Positions 1 through 8,487 of a DNA stretch of 64,000 bases are shown here, piece after piece. Under the pieces are notes generated by a model, which was not told where the DNA came from, ran no database searches, and worked only from the letters and a program-made list of their open reading frames with translations. This DNA is from Candidatus Micrarchaeota archaeon (GTDB lineage Archaea; Micrarchaeota; Micrarchaeia; Anstonellales; JAGGVH01). The stretch spans positions 11,691 to 75,690 of the forward strand of contig JAHKLX010000055.1 of assembly GCA_020854835.1 (NCBI GenBank). Direction: 5' to 3'. Each line of letters begins with the position of its first letter. The first letter of the stretch is position 1. The translations under genes and the position numbers were made by a program.

Positions 1-181
1 ACCCCTGGTGAAACTTGCTGTTTGCCCATGTTTGTTTTAGTTTTAATTTCAGGTTTGTATGTTATGAAAAAATAATGAAGTAAATTATAAAAATTAATCT
101 AGGCAAATCAAGGTCCTAGTCTTTGATTTCCCAAAAAGCAATAGTTATAAACATTATTACTGAAATTTATTTGGTGGTTAG

Positions 182-718
182 ATGCAAAAATATGATTTGA
201 AAGAAAAAGAATTTGATGAAGAAAAATTACTGCAAGACCATCTTTTAGATAAATATAGAGATAAAATGAGTAAAAAACTTCCAGAGGGATTTGCTGAAAC
301 CTTAGAAGAACTTCCTTGGGAATCGATATTAGAGCTTGCTGAAGATTATAAGAAAAGAATGAAAGAAAAAACACAAGAGATAAAAGATATTCAAAGAAAA
401 TTGGCTTTTGCCTTGTTGATTATAAGAGAACACTTGAAAAAACATAAATCAGGGTCTGTTGGCTTTGATATCAAATTTGTTAAATCCTTAATGCGACTCA
501 TGGAAAAAACCTATAAACTTTCAATTCAATATGAAGTGGATTTAGATGAATTTTTATTATTGATAACAATAATAATTGAAAAAATGAAAAAAGAAAAATT
601 AACCCCTTATCAAAGAGAATCTTCACACAAACAAAAAGAACAACCTTTTGAAAAAATAGATACCAAATTAGACCTTTCAAAACCTGACGAAGATGATGAC
701 GAGGATGAAGATGAGTAA
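182..718 (+). CDS. hypothetical protein, highly charged with poly-Asp/Glu C-terminal tail
   Basis: 178-aa ORF, Lys/Glu-rich, ending PDEDDDEDEDE. The competing antisense ORF 108..374 is low-complexity hydrophobic. No family recognised. Confidence 0.45.
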   Translation: MQKYDLKEKEFDEEKLLQDHLLDKYRDKMSKKLPEGFAETLEELPWESILELAEDYKKRMKEKTQEIKDIQRKLAFALLIIREHLKKHKSGSVGFDIKFVKSLMRLMEKTYKLSIQYEVDLDEFLLLITIIIEKMKKEKLTPYQRESSHKQKEQPFEKIDTKLDLSKPDEDDDEDEDE

Positions 719-1232
719 ATTTTGGAAAGGGACGTATATAATTGTTTTAAGTTTAGTGCTCATTATATTGCTATATAATCTGCGGGAAAGAGTGGAACAA
801 TTTAAGAATTTTGGATATTTTGGAGTTTTTGTAATATCGTTAATTTCAAGCGGAACTGTGTTGCTCCCTGCTCCAGGATGGGTTGCAGTAATAGGTTTGG
901 CAACATCTTTAAATCCCTTAATATTGGGTTTGGTTGCAGGAGTAGGCAGTTCTTTGGGTGAACTTACATCTTATTTTTTAGGTTTGGGGGGAAGGTTTAT
1001 AACCGATAAAAAATTTGACTGGCTTCAGAACCTAATGAAAAAACATGGTATGAAAATATTGTTTGTTTTAGCTTTAATTCCAAACCCTATTTTTGATGTC
1101 GGTGGAATAATTGCCGGAGCTTCAAAAATGAAAATACATAACTTTCTAATACCTGTCTTGTGTGGGAAAATTATAAGATTCATTGCTGTTGCGTATGTTG
1201 CGAGCATAGGATGGAAATTTTTGATAAATTAG
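711..1232 (+). CDS. YqaA/DedA (VTT, SNARE-associated) family membrane protein
   Basis: I chose the ATG at 711 (MSKFWKG) because the ORF-track start at 693 lies inside the acidic tail of the upstream gene. Multi-TM protein. LLPAPGWVAVIGLA..GVGSSLGELTSYFLG..IPNPIFDVGGIIAG fits the YqaA/DedA layout. Confidence 0.65.
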   Translation: MSKFWKGTYIIVLSLVLIILLYNLRERVEQFKNFGYFGVFVISLISSGTVLLPAPGWVAVIGLATSLNPLILGLVAGVGSSLGELTSYFLGLGGRFITDKKFDWLQNLMKKHGMKILFVLALIPNPIFDVGGIIAGASKMKIHNFLIPVLCGKIIRFIAVAYVASIGWKFLIN

Positions 1233-2464
1233 GAGGAAGGGTTATTTACTCTCCCTATGAACAAAATATTTCCTGAATTAGTATCTTGAATTAAGAAAAT
1301 GAATGGATGATCTGCTCTGAAAACATAATGTTCTTGGTAAGATGAAGCTGAAAGTGTAAATGCAATTCCTGTCGCCGCCGCTGCTTCTGTTCCTTCTTCG
1401 TTAACATCAACAAATGCTTTGTGAACAACCTTGTTTATGAAAAGATCTCTGTTGTTGGTCATTCCTGAAAAGTCAGCTTTGCCTGCATCAAATGAACTGG
1501 GCATTCCCATTGTTATAAGATGGTTATTTAGATTATATTCTTTTGTGAATGTAAACTTGGGCAAATAAACATAAACTTTTTCTTGTTTTAGGTTTTTCCT
1601 CCAATTATTTAAATTTTCAATTGAAAGTTCGTTTTCAACAAGAGATATATCATCATCTTTAGGCAACAAAATTAACATTGAAAGTTTATCTCCTTCATAT
1701 GGCATCTGAAGAATTTGTATATTGTCAGTTTCAGTGTAGTCAAAATCTGCATTTTCACCAGTTAATTGCATCATAGAGACTGTAACTTTTTGTGTGGGCG
1801 TAACTCTAAACTCTGCATCGCGGGTGTAGTCCTTATTAAACTGTTTGACCCATGTACCTTTGAAGTAGATTGCATTAGTTATTACCAAACGATTTAAAGG
1901 ATTCAATGAACCTGCAGGAAATAAATTTTGTATCTTGTTTTTGGTCTGTTGTTCGACCCAACTGTTTATCTCTTGACGAGAACCTTCTGTATTCCCCACA
2001 AAATCAACATTATTTGCTTTCCCACCATAATAACTTTCAACTGTTTTTGTATAAGTTTCAAGCAAGGGATAATTGTTTTGAACCCATAAAGCATTTGCTG
2101 TTTGTAATTCATAATCTGAACCTCCGAAATTAATATCATTGTAAATTGCTGCAAAATTAGGCCTTAATTTAGAAGTATCTTCTGGGAAATAAAATACCTG
2201 CTTGATTTCATCTGCTGTTTGTCCATCTCCGCCCCCATAAACTATTGCAAAAGCAGATGAGATGCTGTAAGGTGAGAAGAAAATATTTCCAGGCTCACTT
2301 TTAACTTGCGAGTACATATCAATAGCAAATTTGTTATTTGAATCTATAACATCTGAAATTCCTTGGGGTGTTGCTCCAATTGAATCTGCTTTTTCTTTGT
2401 CATCAACACACCCAAATCCAATCAAAAAAGCAAAAATAATTACAAAAACAAATATCCTTTTCAT
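1229..2464 (-). CDS. serpin (serine protease inhibitor), predicted secreted/lipid-anchored
   Basis: 411 aa. Serpin hallmarks are FFSPYSISSAFAIVYGG, the inhibitory hinge EEGTEAAAATG and the C-terminal FRADHPFIFLIQD..GNILFIGRVNNP. The N-terminal signal ends LIGFGC (lipobox-like). Confidence 0.9.
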   Translation of the reverse strand: MKRIFVFVIIFAFLIGFGCVDDKEKADSIGATPQGISDVIDSNNKFAIDMYSQVKSEPGNIFFSPYSISSAFAIVYGGGDGQTADEIKQVFYFPEDTSKLRPNFAAIYNDINFGGSDYELQTANALWVQNNYPLLETYTKTVESYYGGKANNVDFVGNTEGSRQEINSWVEQQTKNKIQNLFPAGSLNPLNRLVITNAIYFKGTWVKQFNKDYTRDAEFRVTPTQKVTVSMMQLTGENADFDYTETDNIQILQMPYEGDKLSMLILLPKDDDISLVENELSIENLNNWRKNLKQEKVYVYLPKFTFTKEYNLNNHLITMGMPSSFDAGKADFSGMTNNRDLFINKVVHKAFVDVNEEGTEAAAATGIAFTLSASSYQEHYVFRADHPFIFLIQDTNSGNILFIGRVNNPSS

Positions 2465-2540
2465 CTAATCACCAATTAAATTTAGAAAACCTAAGTTTTT
2501 AAATGAGGTGTAAAATGGAAGGGATTGGCCGAATAAAAAT

Positions 2541-3497
2541 TTATTCTAAATTCATCAATTGAGCCAGCAACGCTTCCAACTGTATTCTTTCGTTTGCGCC
2601 CTCAACCATTCTGAAATTATACTCTCCAATTTTATCCACAATTTTAACTTTTGTTTTATCGCCAATATCCATATTTATTGTTTCGTAATACATTTGAAGA
2701 AGTATATCCTCACCATCCATGCCATATTCAACCATCAACTTATCTAAATTTTTCCTTGCTTTGTTGAATTCTCCACCCATCGCAAATTTTAGAATGTCCT
2801 GTACTTCAGTTGGGCGCGCCCTGCTACTTATAGCATAAATAGTTTTTTCAGTTATTTTGTCAGTCTGCATTGCTGCGCCTTGAAGAACATTTATTGCTCT
2901 CCTCATATCACCATCACTGACATAAATTATAGCATCCAAAGCTTCAGAATCTACTTCAAGATTTTCTTTTTCGATAACAGTTTTTAACATATCTTTTATT
3001 TCGTCTCCCGTCACAGGTTTAAATCTAAAAACAGAGGTTCTTGATTGGAGAGGTTCAATAATTTTAGATGAATAATTACAGCTTAAAATAAATCGAGTTA
3101 TATCTGCATACATTTCCATCGTTCTCCTTAAGGCATGTTGGGCATCGGAAGTTAAAGCATCTGCTTCATCTAAAAAAACTATTTTGAATGGGACTTCATG
3201 CAAAGCAACAGTTCTTGAAAATTCTTTTATTTTTCCTCGGACAATTCCTATCCCTCTGTCATCACTCGCGTTTAATTCTAAAATATGCTCTTTGTAGTCT
3301 TCACCATACAATTCCCTTGCAAGCGCGAGGGTGGATGTTGTCTTGCCTACGCCAGGGGGTCCTGTAAAAAGAAGATTGGGCATGTTCCTCTTTTTTGTGA
3401 ATGCTTTAAGTACTTTTATTATTTCTTTTTGACCAACAACGTCATCAAGACTTTTTGGCCTGTATTTTTCTGTCCAGGGTAAAACATCAATTTTCAT
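2541..3497 (-). CDS. rfcS: replication factor C small subunit
   Basis: 318 aa. RFC boxes present: PWTEKYRP, Walker A GPPGVGKTT, Walker B FLDEADALT and SRC-like SRTSVFRF. Confidence 0.95.
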   Translation of the reverse strand: MKIDVLPWTEKYRPKSLDDVVGQKEIIKVLKAFTKKRNMPNLLFTGPPGVGKTTSTLALARELYGEDYKEHILELNASDDRGIGIVRGKIKEFSRTVALHEVPFKIVFLDEADALTSDAQHALRRTMEMYADITRFILSCNYSSKIIEPLQSRTSVFRFKPVTGDEIKDMLKTVIEKENLEVDSEALDAIIYVSDGDMRRAINVLQGAAMQTDKITEKTIYAISSRARPTEVQDILKFAMGGEFNKARKNLDKLMVEYGMDGEDILLQMYYETINMDIGDKTKVKIVDKIGEYNFRMVEGANERIQLEALLAQLMNLE

Positions 3498-3570
3498 AGT
3501 ATCACCAATATATTGTATATATAAAAGTCAACCAGAACCAATATAAAAGTTATAGTTCATTAATTATACT

Positions 3571-3960
3571 ATGGAAATCGTATGGGATGATGTTATTATT
3601 GGTATGCCTGGTGATTTGAAGAGAATGTTCAAACAACATGAAGATAAACTTAATTTTGAAACAAAATATCAACTTGCTTTGGCTCTTCCTTTTGCAGAAG
3701 AAAACGGACTCCATATCAACGCAGTTATGTACTCTCTACGAATTGCACAAATAATGATGGGAATGGACAAACTTTTATTGTATAGAAGGGCTATTAGACA
3801 TGCAGAAAAACTTAGAAGTTCTCCCTCATTATATATTGTAGCATACGGACATATTGTGGATTATCTAGAACAAGACAAACTGGTGAATACAGATATATAC
3901 AAAACCTCAAAAAACACACTTGAATACATTTTAAATACTCATTTGGAGCGAGGAAATTAA
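3571..3960 (+). CDS. hypothetical protein
   Basis: 129-aa ORF divergent from rfcS. No motif recognised. Confidence 0.45.
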   Translation: MEIVWDDVIIGMPGDLKRMFKQHEDKLNFETKYQLALALPFAEENGLHINAVMYSLRIAQIMMGMDKLLLYRRAIRHAEKLRSSPSLYIVAYGHIVDYLEQDKLVNTDIYKTSKNTLEYILNTHLERGN

Positions 3961-3961
3961 A

Positions 3962-4354
3962 TTGAGTCATGTTCGTAAAATAAAAGATATTCATAAAATG
4001 GATGGCAACGTTCAGATACAAGAAGCAGAAAAAATGAGTTATGAACTTTTAAAAATTAATCAAAATGATTCTTTGTTTGATAGATTTGTCAGTATAAGGA
4101 GAAATAAAATCTCGTCCGGGGATTTATACTTGGCATTAGAAGTTTTTAAGATAATGGATAAACGAGATTTATTAACTGCTGAATGTAATTTTTTAATAGG
4201 TGTTGAAAAAAGGGATCCTTCTTTTTTAAATGAAGCCCTCAAAATTATTAAAACTCTTCCAAATGATGAATTAGTAAAAGCTTTTAGTAATGAGATAGCT
4301 ATGAGCTTATATCAAATTGATGAGGGCCGAGGCCGAGATTTGAACTCGGGCTAA
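3962..4354 (+). CDS. hypothetical protein (questionable 3' end)
   Basis: 130-aa ORF with a TTG start 1 nt after the upstream stop. Its last ~30 nt overlap the 3' half of tRNA-His on the opposite strand, which lowers confidence. Confidence 0.35.
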   Translation: MSHVRKIKDIHKMDGNVQIQEAEKMSYELLKINQNDSLFDRFVSIRRNKISSGDLYLALEVFKIMDKRDLLTAECNFLIGVEKRDPSFLNEALKIIKTLPNDELVKAFSNEIAMSLYQIDEGRGRDLNSG

Positions 4355-4464
4355 GGGATGACTGCAAACTTCTTCTTTAATAAAGTCCATCTTTCCTGAT
4401 GAAACTTCTTTCTTAAAGAAATTTCCCACAGTCCCCTGTGCTACCAGGCTACACCACCACGGCC
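4325..4464 (-). tRNA. tRNA-His (GTG) with ~66-nt intron at the canonical 37/38 position
   Basis: Minus-strand read: G(-1) GCCGTGG TG GTGT AGCCTGGTA GCAC A GGGGA CTGTGG [intron] A TCCCT TAGC CCGAG TTCAAAT CTCGG CCTCGGC C. The encoded G-1 opposite discriminator C is the His identity feature. There is one U-U mismatch at 5:68. No CCA is encoded. Intron 3' end CAGTC can pair with GACTG of the anticodon region. Confidence 0.75.
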
Positions 4465-4949
4465 GCTAAAAATAATAATATTAATAACACAAATCCTAAA
4501 CTGCATGCTTGCGATTCCGGAATTACAATGGGTTGAAAAGTGTATGTCGGATCTGGAACAGAAGTGACAGGCGGGGTTGAAGGTGTTGTTGGAGTTGAAG
4601 GTGTTGTTGTGTTTGTTGTAGGAGTTGAAGGTGTTGTTGTGTTTGTTGTAGGGGTTGAAGGTGTTGTTGTGTTTGTTGTAGGAGTTGAAGGTGTTGTTGG
4701 AGTTGGTGGAGTTCCGCCTTCAAGCTCACATCTGCCCAAGGGAGATGTTGAATCTCTAACTTTATTATATCCTGAAGGGCACGGACAATTGTTTGCATAA
4801 TCCTGTAAAACAGGACCTGATGTTCCTCCTGTGCAGTATTTGCCAGGATTTACATTCGAACACTTATACATCTCAGTTCCATCGCTACAAACATCTGTTG
4901 CTAATATAATTGTACAAAACAATAATATGCCCATAATAATATATTTCAT
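4449..4949 (-). CDS. secreted Cys-rich protein with Thr/Pro mucin-like stalk and C-terminal TM anchor
   Basis: 166 aa with an N-terminal signal (ILLFCTIILA), an 8-Cys domain, the repeat TPSTPTTNTT x3 and a C-terminal hydrophobic segment. The last 16 nt, including the TAG stop, overlap the 5' end of tRNA-His on the same strand. Confidence 0.7.
   Translation of the reverse strand: MKYIIMGILLFCTIILATDVCSDGTEMYKCSNVNPGKYCTGGTSGPVLQDYANNCPCPSGYNKVRDSTSPLGRCELEGGTPPTPTTPSTPTTNTTTPSTPTTNTTTPSTPTTNTTTPSTPTTPSTPPVTSVPDPTYTFQPIVIPESQACSLGFVLLILLFLAAVVV
4574..4708. repeat. 30-bp in-frame tandem repeat (codes the TPSTPTTNTT units)
   Basis: The unit ggagttgaaggtgttgttgtgtttgttgta is identical at 4591-4620 and 4621-4650. 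The copy at 4651-4680 has one substitution, and partial units flank the array. Confidence 0.9.
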
Positions 4950-5013
4950 AATTGCACCACCTACTAAACTATTGTCCGACAGATTTTTAAATATTTAACT
5001 CCCACTTCCAAGT

Positions 5014-5538
5014 ATGAGTGATGAAATCGAAGATCAGCTCGTTTCTAAAACAGCAGAACTTATTGAAACTGGTAGAAATCAAGAAGCTCTTCAAACTGCA
5101 GAAAGTCTTGAGAAATATAAAAATGAAGATGCGATCGTTTTGTATACAAAAGGAATCGCTTTATACAAAAATAAAATGTTTGAAGATGCTTTGAGATATT
5201 TTTCCGAGGCCGCCAACTTAAATCGGGAAGAAAAAAGATTGTGGTATGCTATAGGATATACCCTTATTGCATTAAATAGAGTAACAGAAGCTAGGGATGC
5301 TTTGAGATATGTCCTAGGAGTAGATGAAAATCATCTAGGGGCGCATATAGGAATGTTTGCCGTGTGTATTTTCTCTGAAGAGGAGGAAGAAGCATTCTAT
5401 CATTTGCAAAAAGCTACCGAGATAAATAAAACAAATACAAAAAAACTTTTGAGAAGTATGTATGAAGAATTTATTGAACCTTCCAATGTAGGTGAAGAAA
5501 CAAAAATTAGCATTAAAAAAAGAATTGATGATATATAG
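5014..5538 (+). CDS. TPR repeat protein
   Basis: 174 aa. Successive 34-aa units with the A/Y/L TPR pattern (e.g. IALYKNKMFEDALRYFSEAANLN, WYAIGYTLIALNRVTEARDALRYVL). Confidence 0.7.
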   Translation: MSDEIEDQLVSKTAELIETGRNQEALQTAESLEKYKNEDAIVLYTKGIALYKNKMFEDALRYFSEAANLNREEKRLWYAIGYTLIALNRVTEARDALRYVLGVDENHLGAHIGMFAVCIFSEEEEEAFYHLQKATEINKTNTKKLLRSMYEEFIEPSNVGEETKISIKKRIDDI

Positions 5539-5546
5539 GTGATAAA

Positions 5547-5825
5547 ATGCCCAGGACTGAAATGAAAACTCGGGAAACGAGCACAACACACAAACCTGGA
5601 GAGTGGCTCTTTAGAGAGTATATTGGTCTTTTGGGAATGTACCTAAAATCAACTCCTATTCCTTTTGATCCTGATGAAATAAAAAAAATCAATATTACTA
5701 AAAAAGGAGAGGAATATCAAATGAAAGCCTATGGAAATAATGAGTATATAGTGAATGTTGGAATTGAAGACGTTATTATTGAAGTAAAATCAAAAAATGA
5801 AACCGTGTATCATGAAAAAATATAA
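5547..5825 (+). CDS. hypothetical protein
   Basis: 92-aa ORF, 8 nt after the TPR gene. No motif recognised. Confidence 0.4.
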   Translation: MPRTEMKTRETSTTHKPGEWLFREYIGLLGMYLKSTPIPFDPDEIKKINITKKGEEYQMKAYGNNEYIVNVGIEDVIIEVKSKNETVYHEKI

Positions 5826-8141
5826 TTAATTTATTCTTTCAACAATTGTTGGCTCGCGGTTTTCCTTGTCTCTTTTAAATAAATAAACTCTGTCATAATT
5901 TCTCCTAAGTAATGTTTCGTCGTGCGAAATAATAAAAGTTTGAGATATTATGCCCGGTATTTTTTCTTCAAGCATTAGCGCCATCAACTCAACTGCTTCT
6001 GAATCCATATTATGTGTGGGCTCATCCAAAACTAACCAACCGAGTTCGGGTGTTAAAACTATCGCAAGTGCAATTCTAAAAACTAATGCTGCACACATTC
6101 TTTCGCCCCCTGAGGCTATTTGACTTATTTCCAGCCAGTCTCGTTCTTTGACATGAATCATTAAATTATAATCCTTCTCAGATATTTGAATTTTTATACT
6201 GTCAAAATCTCGATAGGGATAAATATGGGGCCATAATTCTTCAACAGCAACGTTCAAAGCATTTATGATATAATTTCTAAGCTCGATGATTGTTTGCTCC
6301 ATAGCATTTCTGAATTTTTTTAGTTCTGTTATTTTTGTACCGTATTTTTCAAGACGTTTTTTAACCTTAGTCAAATTATCAAATTCTTTTTTATAATTAT
6401 CAAGCCCAGATCTTTTTTCAGTTGAAAGATTCTTAAAACCTTTAAGTTCAATATCAATTTTTTCTATCTCTTTATCAATTGTTTTCAATCTATCATGGGC
6501 AGACATATACACTTTTTCATTGTAATTTAAATTGGTTATTTCAGTTTTTATTTCGTTATATTTTTTTGATGACTCATCTAAAGATTTTAATATGTTTATT
6601 GCGTTTTCAAAATCTTTCGCTTTTGACAATAGTTCTTTTTCCTTTTCGAACAAAGTAGATAATTGATTATCCAAATTACTTATTTCTTGAGAAATTTCTT
6701 TCTTTTTAAGGTTTAAAGTATCTAAATTTTGTTTTAAATCTTCAAGATCTATTTTTTCAGAATCCAAACTTTTAATGACTGAAAGATTTTTTTCTATCAG
6801 CATAATTTTATCTTTTAGAGAATTTGAATCTGAAGATAAACTATCAGTTGTTTGTGATAATTCGTTCAGCTCATTTTTTAATTTGCTTAATTCAACCTCT
6901 CTCTCGGACAACAGAGCGTAAATATGATCTTCAGTGAGATTAGAGCCACATAATGGGCATTTTGCCATATTCGGATCAATTTCGGTTGACAATTTTTTTA
7001 ATTCTTCGATTTTTGCTTTTTTAGATATGTGCTGACTTTTCGCATCCTGAATTCGTGTTTCTTTTGATTTTAATTCAGATTTTAAATCTTGCAAAGAAGA
7101 ATTTCCCACCAACTTGACATTTTCATCTTTGATTTTCTTTATTTTTTCTTCCAAATCTTTTGCTCTTGAAAGTTTAGATGAAAAATCAGATATTTTTTCA
7201 ATTAAATTGTTTAGCACATCTAAAAAGTTTTTACGAGTTTGTTTTAATTTTTCAACTTCTTTTTCCAAATCAAGTATTTGATTCTTTAAATTTTTATATT
7301 CCTCCTCACTAAAATCACTTTTCTTATTTTGAGATTCAAGAGATTCAATTTTTCCTGCGAGATTCATTAAATTTTTATTAAGGTTTTCATACAAAGTTCT
7401 GTTTTTTTCAATTTCATCAAACTCTTTTTTATAAATGGTGTGTTTGCTTGTGTAAGAATTTTTTTCTTTGTTTAAAACTGCGATACTTTTATCCAGTTCA
7501 TCTAAACTTTGTTCTATGCTTGTAATCTCTTTTTTTAGATTATCGATTGCTTCTTCAGAGTAATTCATGGACAGATCCTTAACTCGAATTTCAACCCTGT
7601 GAATTATCTTCGATGTGTTTGACAACACACTATAAAATTTATTTATGCCTAAGAGATCATCCAGTTCTTCTTTTCTTTTACTAGGGGGAAGTGATAAAAA
7701 ATAATCTAAATTGTTCTGTTCTGCATATACTGAGCGTATAAAAACAGAATAATCTACACCTAGCAAAGACTCAGCAACACTCGTCACTCTTTTTTTGTCT
7801 TTTTGTAGAAGTTTGAAACTTCCCGAATCTTCAACATATATTTCTGCCAGATCCGATCCTATTTCCCTAATAATCTTATACTGTTTATTTGATATGGAAA
7901 ACCATAATTCAACTGTTCCTTTTTGTGAACCAAATCTTAGAACGTTGGGAAGTTTTACTTCTTTTCTGTCGTTTTTTGGAAATCGGCCAAACAAAGCATA
8001 AGTAACTGCATCTAAAACACTGCTTTTACCGCTACCCATTATTCCAACGAATACATTCGTTCCTTTGGAAAATTCTAAGCTGGTTTGTTTATGAGATCTC
8101 CAATTTTGCAAAATAATTTTATTTATTTGCATAACTGTCAC
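5826..8141 (-). CDS. rad50: DNA double-strand break repair ATPase Rad50
   Basis: 771 aa with N-terminal NWRSH and Walker A GIMGSGKSS, a long Lys/Glu coiled coil, a central zinc hook CPLCG, signature SGGE and Walker B LVLDEPT. An alternative start MQINK lies 9 nt downstream. Confidence 0.9.
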   Translation of the reverse strand: MTVMQINKIILQNWRSHKQTSLEFSKGTNVFVGIMGSGKSSVLDAVTYALFGRFPKNDRKEVKLPNVLRFGSQKGTVELWFSISNKQYKIIREIGSDLAEIYVEDSGSFKLLQKDKKRVTSVAESLLGVDYSVFIRSVYAEQNNLDYFLSLPPSKRKEELDDLLGINKFYSVLSNTSKIIHRVEIRVKDLSMNYSEEAIDNLKKEITSIEQSLDELDKSIAVLNKEKNSYTSKHTIYKKEFDEIEKNRTLYENLNKNLMNLAGKIESLESQNKKSDFSEEEYKNLKNQILDLEKEVEKLKQTRKNFLDVLNNLIEKISDFSSKLSRAKDLEEKIKKIKDENVKLVGNSSLQDLKSELKSKETRIQDAKSQHISKKAKIEELKKLSTEIDPNMAKCPLCGSNLTEDHIYALLSEREVELSKLKNELNELSQTTDSLSSDSNSLKDKIMLIEKNLSVIKSLDSEKIDLEDLKQNLDTLNLKKKEISQEISNLDNQLSTLFEKEKELLSKAKDFENAINILKSLDESSKKYNEIKTEITNLNYNEKVYMSAHDRLKTIDKEIEKIDIELKGFKNLSTEKRSGLDNYKKEFDNLTKVKKRLEKYGTKITELKKFRNAMEQTIIELRNYIINALNVAVEELWPHIYPYRDFDSIKIQISEKDYNLMIHVKERDWLEISQIASGGERMCAALVFRIALAIVLTPELGWLVLDEPTHNMDSEAVELMALMLEEKIPGIISQTFIISHDETLLRRNYDRVYLFKRDKENREPTIVERIN

Positions 8142-8143
8142 TT

Positions 8144-8410
8144 TTAGAAGCTGTCTCTATCCATGCCCAATACATCAACTTCACTGACATCTTCTATTTC
8201 TTTTATTTTTTCTTCAATGACATCAAATCCTTCAACTTTATCATCAACCAAAATTTTTGCTCTTATAACTTTTATTCCAAAACCCATATCTTGGAATCCG
8301 AGAGCCGCAACTCTTGTTAATTTTTTTATTTGTTCTGCGACTTCATCAAGTTTATCCATATCTTGTACTGAAATCTTTAAATCAACTGTAACATCAGCCA
8401 TAATATTCAC
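8144..8410 (-). CDS. translation elongation factor aEF-1 beta
   Basis: 88 aa. The size and pattern MADVTVDLKI...GFGIKVIRAKILVDDKVEG..IEEKIKEIEDVSEVDV match my memory of the ~89-aa archaeal EF-1beta (IAFGL..vvv.D.eGg...E..i..iegV...ev). Confidence 0.6.
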   Translation of the reverse strand: MNIMADVTVDLKISVQDMDKLDEVAEQIKKLTRVAALGFQDMGFGIKVIRAKILVDDKVEGFDVIEEKIKEIEDVSEVDVLGMDRDSF

Positions 8411-8487
8411 CCCATAGATTTTAAGTTGTTTAAATTTACTATAAAGAATTTATAAAGGTTTATTCTCAAAATATTAAAAGGGATACT

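Noticed and set aside
1-30. Possible start of a minus-strand gene running off the left edge (ATGGGCAAACAGCAAGTTTCACCAGGGGT).
   Set aside because: Only 10 codons are visible, so it cannot be supported.
4574-4708. Possible CRISPR array, suggested by regular 30-bp repeats. The 255-267-bp repeats at 51895-53440 raised the same question.
   Set aside because: The repeats are directly abutting with no unique spacers. They are in frame within long ORFs and encode sensible peptide repeats. No cas genes are nearby.
4523-4800. Alternative-frame ORFs (4523..4798 minus, 4540..4800 plus) across the 30-bp repeat.
   Set aside because: These are repeat-driven open frames (QQHLQLLQQTQ, VEGVVVFVVG). The frame giving signal peptide, Cys domain, TP-stalk and TM anchor is the coherent one.
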